Shown in pieces: positions 57,521 through 64,000 of a DNA stretch of 64,000 bases (its first letter is position 1; each line of letters opens with the position of its first letter). Location of the stretch: IMG/VR virus record IMGVR_UViG_2061766007_004224; one strand, 5' to 3'. The DNA is from an uncultured virus (IMG/VR IMGVR_UViG_2061766007_004224) (Duplodnaviria; Heunggongvirae; Uroviricota; Caudoviricetes). Below the pieces are notes generated by a model. The model did not search any database. It saw only the letters and a program-made list of their open reading frames with translations, and was not told where the DNA came from. Both the position numbers and the translations under genes were made by a program.

Positions 57521-59076
57521 CCGACATCAGCACCTATCAGGATGATGTGGACTGGCAGAAAGCGGCGCAGGAGCTTTCGTTCTGCATCCTCCGCGCCAGC
57601 ATCGGCCAGAAAGCGGATTCCAAATACCTGCGGAACGTGGACGGCTGTATTCAGCACAACGTCCCGTTCGGAGCCTATCACTACGTCAAGGCCGGGACCG
57701 CCGAGGACGCGAAAGCGGAAGCGCGGTTCTTCGTCCAGACGACGGCGGCAGCGGCGACCAAGCCGCTGTTTTATATTGCGGACATCGAGTACAAGGCCCA
57801 GGACAGCGCCACCACGGAGCCTGTCTGCGTCGCGTTCCTCGAAGAACTCCGCGCCCTCGGCTGCTCGAAGATCGGCCTTTACATCAACACCCGGTACAAG
57901 TGGGCGGGAGCCGCCATCCCCATGTGCGACATCATGTGGATTCCCCATTGGGGCAAGAACGACGGCAGCATCCCCGCCCCTCAGTACGAACCGAAGAACC
58001 CCTGCGACCTTTGGCAGTATACCTCCAAGGGTACGCTCGCCGGGGTAAAGGGAGACGTTGACCTGAGCGCCTGCTACGGTGGCAGGGACGTTTCCTTCTT
58101 CACGGAAGGATGGAACCCGGAAAGGGGTGTCAGCACCATGTTTACCAATCTTCAGTTCGCCGCGTATTGCCTCGCGGTTTTCGCGGCGAAGTGGGTCTAC
58201 TGGTACGGGACCTGCGGGTACGAATGTACCATCTCCCTGTACAACCGCAAGAAGGAACAGTATTCCAAGTATTACACTGATGCCCGTGCCAGCGGTTATA
58301 AGGCCGACATCGCCAACGGCTGCATGTGCGCGGATTGTGTCGGCCTCATCAAGTCCTTTTTCTGGAAGGGCGGCGACCTGAACGGCAAGAACGTGTATCA
58401 GGCCAACAACTGCCCCGACCGCAGCGCGGACGGCATGTTCTCGCTCTGCGTGGAAAAAGGTGCGATCTCTACCATCCCCGACATCCCCGGCCTGCTGGTG
58501 CATAAGAGCGGGCATATCGGGGTGTACGTCGGCGGCGGGTACACCGTCGAGATGAAGGGCTTTGCCTATGACTGCGTGAAGCAGAAGGTCACGGATGGGC
58601 CGTGGACTGAATGGGGCAAGCTGCCCGACACCATGCTGGCCTATCTCACCGAAGGCGAGGTCGAACAGCCTGTCGCCTTCAAGCTCGGTGATCGGGTCCT
58701 CAGCAAAGGCAGCGCTGGCGAAGACGTGTCCGAATTGCAGGCGCATCTCGTGACCCTGGGCTACAATATCGGCGCGTCCGGCCCTGCCAAGGATGGCGTG
58801 GACGGCGACTTCGGCTCCAAGACGCAGGCTGCGGTCAAGGCGCTCCAGAAGTCCGCTGGCCTCGACCAGACGGGCGTGTTCGATGCCAATACTCATAAGG
58901 CGCTGCTCGACGCGCTCGTGCCGTCCACGGTCGATGACCAGAACGACGATACCCCGGAGGGCGGCGGCGCTCCCGCCTACGTCCTCATTCTCGAAGGCGA
59001 TGAGAAAACGCTTCGCCTTGTCCAAAGCGCCTATGGTGGGACGCTGGCAGCGGTAGACAGCGTAACCGTGGGATAA
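57502..59076 (+). CDS. Endolysin: GH25 muramidase + NlpC/P60-like peptidase + peptidoglycan-binding domain
   Basis: DISTYQ, DIE, LWQYTS; DCVGLIK...GHIGVY; KGSAGEDVSELQ...DGDFGSKT. Confidence 0.92.
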   Translation: MAKEKIADISTYQDDVDWQKAAQELSFCILRASIGQKADSKYLRNVDGCIQHNVPFGAYHYVKAGTAEDAKAEARFFVQTTAAAATKPLFYIADIEYKAQDSATTEPVCVAFLEELRALGCSKIGLYINTRYKWAGAAIPMCDIMWIPHWGKNDGSIPAPQYEPKNPCDLWQYTSKGTLAGVKGDVDLSACYGGRDVSFFTEGWNPERGVSTMFTNLQFAAYCLAVFAAKWVYWYGTCGYECTISLYNRKKEQYSKYYTDARASGYKADIANGCMCADCVGLIKSFFWKGGDLNGKNVYQANNCPDRSADGMFSLCVEKGAISTIPDIPGLLVHKSGHIGVYVGGGYTVEMKGFAYDCVKQKVTDGPWTEWGKLPDTMLAYLTEGEVEQPVAFKLGDRVLSKGSAGEDVSELQAHLVTLGYNIGASGPAKDGVDGDFGSKTQAAVKALQKSAGLDQTGVFDANTHKALLDALVPSTVDDQNDDTPEGGGAPAYVLILEGDEKTLRLVQSAYGGTLAAVDSVTVG

Positions 59077-59142
59077 CTCCAAGCGCACGGGCATTTTGCC
59101 CGTGAAATTGCCATCACGGGCAGAATGAAAGGACGTGATACC

Positions 59143-59460
59143 ATGCCTGAAGAACTCCAGAAAATGCTCCAGACCATCGCCACCGAGCAGGTCAGAATGG
59201 GCGAGCAGATCAAGACCCTCTTCAATCAGCAGGAAGAAACCAAGCGGCTGGCTGAAAGTGTCCACGAACTCGCCACGTCGGTTAAGCTCCTCGCCTCCGC
59301 TCAGAAGTCCACCGAGAAGAAGGTGGACGATCTGACGGGGGATGTGGAGGAGATCAAGACCAAACCTGCTAAGCGTTGGGATGGAGCCGTCACCGTGATA
59401 ATCACGGCCCTCGTCACGGCTGTGATTACCTTCGCCCTCACTAAGATTGGGCTGAAATAA
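59143..59460 (+). CDS. XhlA-like lysis accessory protein
   Basis: Coiled coil, KPAKRW, C-terminal TM. Confidence 0.75.
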   Translation: MPEELQKMLQTIATEQVRMGEQIKTLFNQQEETKRLAESVHELATSVKLLASAQKSTEKKVDDLTGDVEEIKTKPAKRWDGAVTVIITALVTAVITFALTKIGLK

Positions 59461-59480
59461 GCCCGGAAAGGAAGGACCCT

Positions 59481-59912
59481 ATGAAGAAACTCGTTTGCAT
59501 CTGCGCTCTCATGCTGGCAATGGTGTGTATGCTCCTGCCTGTGTACGCCTTTGCGGAGGATGTACACCCGCCCGAAGCCGACACCGAAACCACCGCCGTG
59601 ACCGTGGCCGAGGCTGACCCCCAGCCCACCCCCGGCGAACCGCTGACGTGGGCGTACCTCGCTACCATCGCCGGAGCGACCGCCGCCACGCTGCTGATCG
59701 TACAATTCCTGAAAGTCCCGCTGGACAAGGTGTGGAAGATTCCCACGCGGGCCTTTGTCTACTTCATCGCGCTGATCATCCTGCTGGTGGCGACCGCGTT
59801 CACGACCGGGCTGACCCCGAATACAACTCTGCTCACCGTGGTCAATGCCTTCATCGTGGCGCTCACCGCATACGGCGGCTATGAAGTCACCTTCCGCAAG
59901 CTCGAACATTAA
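59481..59912 (+). CDS. Holin
   Basis: TWAYLATIAGA..ATLLIVQFLK, KIPTR, several TMs, N-terminal signal-like segment. Confidence 0.8.
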   Translation: MKKLVCICALMLAMVCMLLPVYAFAEDVHPPEADTETTAVTVAEADPQPTPGEPLTWAYLATIAGATAATLLIVQFLKVPLDKVWKIPTRAFVYFIALIILLVATAFTTGLTPNTTLLTVVNAFIVALTAYGGYEVTFRKLEH

Positions 59913-59916
59913 CATG

Positions 59917-59954
59917 GGGCCGTCATCCTTCGGGGTGGCGGCCCTTTTCTTTTT
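59917..59954 (+). terminator. Intrinsic terminator of late operon
   Basis: GGGCCGTCATCC-TTCG-GGGTGGCGGCCC then T tract. Confidence 0.88.
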
Positions 59955-59999
59955 GTGGTATACTGTCCGCAGGTCAATAAAATCAAAGGAGGCGCGGAT

Positions 60000-60935
60000 A
60001 TGGCGAAATGTGTCCGATGCGGAAGCAAGGGTCTCGGCGTTCATGTGAACGGGAGGGGCTTGTGTTTCAACTGTCTGGAGAGAGAAATGCGGAAGAAGCA
60101 GGAAGAAACAGAGAGAAAGCTCGATGACGAAAAGCGCAGGAACCAGAAGCTCTCTGAGGATAACGATAGACTGAAATCTGCCATGGAAGAAATGATAGCT
60201 GCAATTCATCAACAGGTCAAGGCCGCTGAAGAACAACCGATCATCGAGGCATATTGCGACGAGTGCTTCACATCTGTTCCAAGAGAGCATGCGGAAGCGA
60301 GAAAGCCTTGCCCGAAGTGTGGTAATACCTTCTATGCTGTTCTGAACCGTGAACGTCCTATGCCAAACGGAAACTTCGCCTATTTCATGCAGAGGCAGGA
60401 AAACATGACAGCCAACTCAGATGCACATATAGAAATGCAGTCCATCCGCAAGAAAACCATGACAAGAGAGGATTATCAGGCGTTTATAGAAGCAGGAGAA
60501 AGAAGCATCGCCACGCTGGAGAAAGCCCTCGAAGAAGAATTGGAAATGCTGCGCCGTGCGCATTGCTCACATGTCGAGCTTCCTCCATATATCCCGGCTC
60601 CGTATGAACTGCCAGATATGTATATGCGTTACGGGCATTGGGACGATGCGCAGCGGATATACGACTTCTGCTCGAAAATGGAAGTGCTGAAACAGTCCAG
60701 CTTTGACTTCCCCAGACTGAAAGCGGAATGCGAAGAAAACAGGCTGTGTGCTGCACGGCTTACAGAGATCGTTTCATCAGGCATCCACTCACAGAGGCAG
60801 ATCAAAAAAATGGTCAAAAACAAGTTCAGCCCTCGTGTCATAAACTTCATCCTCGGAAAGTACGCTGGATTGACCCGCGAGAAGTCCGGCTCCGATTTCA
60901 TAGTAACCATCTCTCCGAAAGAGGAAATGTTCTGA
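60000..60935 (+). CDS. Moron-like protein with CxxC zinc ribbons
   Basis: CVRC, CFNC, CDEC, CPKC; SD AAAGGAGG; TGGTATACT upstream. Confidence 0.75.
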   Translation: MAKCVRCGSKGLGVHVNGRGLCFNCLEREMRKKQEETERKLDDEKRRNQKLSEDNDRLKSAMEEMIAAIHQQVKAAEEQPIIEAYCDECFTSVPREHAEARKPCPKCGNTFYAVLNRERPMPNGNFAYFMQRQENMTANSDAHIEMQSIRKKTMTREDYQAFIEAGERSIATLEKALEEELEMLRRAHCSHVELPPYIPAPYELPDMYMRYGHWDDAQRIYDFCSKMEVLKQSSFDFPRLKAECEENRLCAARLTEIVSSGIHSQRQIKKMVKNKFSPRVINFILGKYAGLTREKSGSDFIVTISPKEEMF

Positions 60936-61064
60936 CCCTCTCAGCGCCACGCTAAGGCCGTTCGATTTTTACCCTATAAATCCCACACCAGAAGCAGGCA
61001 GACCCATTAACGGGCGTTTAATCGCGTTTAACGCCCATTCAAAACCAGATCACGAAGATCAGAG

Positions 61065-61100
61065 ACAGCCTTCGGTTCATCCGAGGGCTGTTTACTTTTG
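61065..61100 (+). terminator. Intrinsic terminator
   Basis: ACAGCCTTCGG / CCGAGGGCTGT then TTACTTTT. Confidence 0.7.
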
Positions 61101-61283
61101 CGTGCATTTGTTCGCGGATGTAAACGGATGTTTTGCGTCCCTTTTCTCTCCCCCTCACCCCCTCTTATAACCCTATACGTTGTGTTGTTTATTATATTCT
61201 ACATCTCACATAATACGAATAACGAATATCGAATAACGGGAACATCTGCAAGCATCTGTTTGCATCTGTTTGCGAATGTTCGT
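61101..61283. repeat. Second origin-like iteron block (inverted relative to 1961-2097)
   Basis: GCATCTGTTT x2, CGAATA-type heptamer x3, C-rich tract 61141-61174. Confidence 0.55.
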
Positions 61284-61322
61284 AGGAGCAGTATTAACGT
61301 AGTAAAAATTTTCGTATTTTTG

Positions 61323-61366
61323 TGTTTGCCTATTGCAATTTATCTTATAATGTGGTAAGATATAGA
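61323..61366 (+). promoter_or_regulatory. Repeated promoter, copy 6
   Basis: 44 bp identical to copies at 16.9 and 21.5 kb. Confidence 0.9.
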
Positions 61367-61416
61367 TGATGAAACCAACACCAACCACCCAGAGGGCAGA
61401 ATGAGGAGGAGCGACA

Positions 61417-61638
61417 ATGAAAGCCAGTATGATGATGAAGTCCACGAACACGGAATTTCAGGCCATCTTAGCCCGCAGGCGCGGAACCCCGAAGGGCGTT
61501 ATGCTCTCCCGCATCCTGAAGTCTGGCAAGCCCGGCAAGCCCACCTTCTATCAGTTCTTCGGTTGCGAGCACTCCGCTCAGGACGTTATCAACCGCATGG
61601 AAAGCAACAATCCCGGCGATAAGTGGGTTGAGGCGTAA
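61417..61638 (+). CDS. Hypothetical protein
   Basis: SD GAGGAGG after repeated promoter. Confidence 0.75.
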   Translation: MKASMMMKSTNTEFQAILARRRGTPKGVMLSRILKSGKPGKPTFYQFFGCEHSAQDVINRMESNNPGDKWVEA

Positions 61639-61669
61639 GACGGCAGAAATAGATCAGGAGGACAGAGCC

Positions 61670-62872
61670 ATGAAAGAAACCTACACCATCCCCGAAGTGA
61701 GGCGCGAGGACGTTCAGAAACTGATCGCCCGCCACCAGCGCAAGGCTGAAAAGTACGGCGCTCCACTGACCGTCGAGTACGGCGAACCCTACGCAAAGAG
61801 CATCCCGGTCTACGAAACGGACGGCTACGTCCAGACGAAGGTTGACGAAGTGCTCTACGAAGTCTTCGACATGACCATCGAGAGCGAGATCATCCGCAAG
61901 GACGGCTACACGGTGGTTGCGAAGATCGAACATCTGGAGGGCGGCAACGTGGTCAGCACCTTCGGCTGTGACTGCCTGCCTGAATGGGCGACGATGCCGC
62001 CGCATTGCGATCATTGCAACGGCAACCACGGCCAGCGCGTGACCTTCATCGTCCGGCATGAGGACGGAACGGAGAAGCAAGTGGGTCGCACCTGCCTGAA
62101 AGACTATTGCGGCATCAATCCGCAGGCCATCGGCTGGGCGAACGAGCTGAACGAGATTCTGCTCGACGAGGACATCGACCGTTACGATTGGGACGAGCAC
62201 CCCATCCGTCCGGCGCTCTACACCAGCGACGTGCTGGCGCTGGCCGTAATGCTCCAGCGGACCAAGGGCTACACCGCGTCCTCTGAGCGCATGAGCAACA
62301 AGGAGATGCTGACCCATCTGGTCGCCGAGCGCGAGGAAGCCCCTCAGCAGGATTGCGACCGGGCAAAGGAAATCGAGGATGCCATCAAAGCGATGACCAG
62401 GGACGAAGCCTTCGATGCCTGCCTGAACAACGTCAAGAGCCTGCTGGATTGCGGGTACTGCAAGGAAGGCCACTTCGGGTATATCGCCTACGCTCCACTG
62501 GCTTTCGAGCGGTATCAGAAAAAGCTGGCTGCAAAAGCGGACCGCGAAGCCGCCAAGAGCGCAGAACGCGCCGCCTCTCAGTACGTCGGTGAGATCGGGC
62601 AGCGGCTGACAGTCGATGCGGCTGAGATCACCCTGCTGACCTCGTGGGAAGGGGATTGGGGCTGGACCTATCTCTACAAGATCGTGGACACGCAGGGCAA
62701 CGTCCTGATCTGGTACGCCTCTAAGGTATTCGGGCATTGGGTCGAGGATGAGCATGGGGTTGAAAACTACGAAGAATACAAGGGACAGTTGAAGATCAAG
62801 GCGACCGTGAAAGACCACTCCGAGCGCGACGGTGTGCGGCAGACCATCATCACCCGCTGCTCGGCGGCATGA
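61670..62872 (+). CDS. Conserved phage protein with Zn-binding motif and possible C-terminal OB fold
   Basis: CDHC...QVGRTCLKDY; SQYVGEIGQR...KATVKDH....QT..TR. Confidence 0.8.
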   Translation: MKETYTIPEVRREDVQKLIARHQRKAEKYGAPLTVEYGEPYAKSIPVYETDGYVQTKVDEVLYEVFDMTIESEIIRKDGYTVVAKIEHLEGGNVVSTFGCDCLPEWATMPPHCDHCNGNHGQRVTFIVRHEDGTEKQVGRTCLKDYCGINPQAIGWANELNEILLDEDIDRYDWDEHPIRPALYTSDVLALAVMLQRTKGYTASSERMSNKEMLTHLVAEREEAPQQDCDRAKEIEDAIKAMTRDEAFDACLNNVKSLLDCGYCKEGHFGYIAYAPLAFERYQKKLAAKADREAAKSAERAASQYVGEIGQRLTVDAAEITLLTSWEGDWGWTYLYKIVDTQGNVLIWYASKVFGHWVEDEHGVENYEEYKGQLKIKATVKDHSERDGVRQTIITRCSAA

Positions 62873-62886
62873 AAGGAGGAAGACCC

Positions 62887-63051
62887 GTGAGGAGAAAGCG
62901 GAAGTATATCTGGGCGTATCTGGACGGCGAAAAACTGGTCGAAGTGATTCAGGCGGCCCTCGACAACAACATGATGGTCGATGATCTGAAGAAGGTTTTG
63001 GTTCAGGAGAACCCCGGTCACATTGTCACATTCAAGATCGAAGAATATTGA
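62887..63051 (+). CDS. Small hypothetical protein
   Basis: SD AAGGAGG, GTG start. Confidence 0.65.
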   Translation: MRRKRKYIWAYLDGEKLVEVIQAALDNNMMVDDLKKVLVQENPGHIVTFKIEEY

Positions 63052-63064
63052 GGAGGGAATAGAA

Positions 63065-63301
63065 ATGAGAAATTACCCAGTTCTTGTCACCGAATTGCTT
63101 CAAGCCACCGTCAACGTCAAGGCCAACAGTGCGGTGGAAGCCGTTGCCAAGGTGAAAGAATCGTGGGCTGGCGGCGGCATCATGCTGGACGAAGAACACT
63201 TCACTGGCGTTGAGATCAGCGCCTGCGAAGGTAGCCTGAAATCCATCCTGCACCGCGACAAGTACGGAAACGAGTACTTGGAAGGGAGGGCTGCGAAATG
63301 A
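63065..63301 (+). CDS. DpnD/PcfM-like protein
   Basis: Y.V.VTE.LQ.TV.V.A.S..EA...V...W.....LD...F.GV. Confidence 0.75.
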   Translation: MRNYPVLVTELLQATVNVKANSAVEAVAKVKESWAGGGIMLDEEHFTGVEISACEGSLKSILHRDKYGNEYLEGRAAK

Positions 63302-63843
63302 TGCAGGGCATCTACTCGGAGTACAGTGAGTATGACCAGAAGTACAAGGCCCGGAAAGAGCAACTGGAGAGGCTGATCTACAAGCATAAGCGGACGCTGG
63401 AACGCCTCGAACACAGTCATCAAGGCTGGTTTGATCGGGTACTCGTCCCGCTGGCTGTCGCCATTTCATCCGAATTGGGCGGTCTGCCATATGAGTTCTA
63501 CGGTCCCTTCGGTCTGAGCTGTGAAACGTCCGTCTATTTCTTCCCGACCGATGGTCACGACATCTGCAAGGATGAAACGTACAGCCTGACGGTCTTTCCC
63601 GAATGGAGCGAGGGCGGCTACGGCTACAGGGACGGATTCTATCTGGCCTACGATACGGGCCGCAGGATGAATCGGTATAAGCCGGGAAGCATCGGCGATC
63701 TGAACCGCTTCAACACGGTAAAGGAAGAACTGCCGGACAGTCTGGAAGAGATCATTGCCCTGCTGAAACATAGCCACTACGAGGGCGAAGGCTGGGACAT
63801 GGCTATTAAAGTATCTCAGGAAATGGAGGAGGAAAGAAAATGA
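63298..63843 (+). CDS. Hypothetical protein
   Basis: YGPFGL, YDTG...Y..GSIG.LN.FN. Confidence 0.8.
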   Translation: MMQGIYSEYSEYDQKYKARKEQLERLIYKHKRTLERLEHSHQGWFDRVLVPLAVAISSELGGLPYEFYGPFGLSCETSVYFFPTDGHDICKDETYSLTVFPEWSEGGYGYRDGFYLAYDTGRRMNRYKPGSIGDLNRFNTVKEELPDSLEEIIALLKHSHYEGEGWDMAIKVSQEMEEERK

Positions 63844-64000
63844 TCTTCGGCAAGAAAGAGAAAGCCATGAGTGAGTTCGAGTTTGCAGCGGCGGTTCTTC
63901 AGGAAAAGCACGACCGCCTCAGCAATCCGAACACGGAGCTGGCCGCAAAGCTCCGCAGCACAATCGGTCTTCTGAAGTACCGCGAGAAGATGGAACAGCA
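63840..64000 (+). CDS. Hypothetical protein, truncated by window end
   Basis: SD GGAGGAGG, ATGA overlap, frame open to end. Confidence 0.6.
   Translation, partial: MIFGKKEKAMSEFEFAAAVLQEKHDRLSNPNTELAAKLRSTIGLLKYREKMEQ

Larger units (their letters stand above)
587..64000. mobile_element. Prophage, contractile-tailed (PBSX/Xkd-like); right end beyond window
   Basis: Integrase, repressor/Cro, RecT, DnaC, terminase, portal, capsid, sheath, tube, tape measure, baseplate and lysis genes in canonical order. Confidence 0.97.

Noticed and set aside
16888..61366. CRISPR interpretation of the dispersed repeats
   Set aside because: Copies are kilobases apart with promoter architecture; no regular spacers or cas genes.

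Overview
Nearly the whole window (about 587 to beyond 64000) is one temperate myovirus-type prophage with a PBSX/Xkd-like contractile tail, integrated into a tRNA-Pro(CGG) gene of a moderately GC-rich Firmicute (Clostridia-like; inferred from protein families and strong SD/sigma-A signals). The 3' half of the tRNA sits beside the tyrosine integrase, and the other att end is outside the window. Module order: lysogeny (0.7-4.5 kb), recombination/replication (5-16.8 kb), an accessory/anti-defence island (16.9-24.9 kb), a DUF488-tRNA-methylase-ParB cassette, packaging and head (28-36 kb), tail (36.4-54 kb), a complete diversity-generating retroelement (target-VR-avd-TR-RT, 54-57.2 kb), lysis (57.4-59.9 kb) and a second accessory island (61.3 kb onward). 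Less expected observations: a six-copy promoter family heading the accessory islands, with a candidate ribbon-helix-helix regulator; origin-like iteron blocks lying outside the replication gene as two inverted copies about 59 kb apart; a ~145-nt multi-branched RNA-like structure with an anti-SD motif after the capsid gene; a MuF-ADP-ribosyltransferase fusion; and a duplicated fixed-spacing DNA motif. Four N gaps (about 6261-6298, 22413-22435, 42253-42310, 52296-52327) split genes. All family calls are by eye from motifs and synteny; no database search was run.
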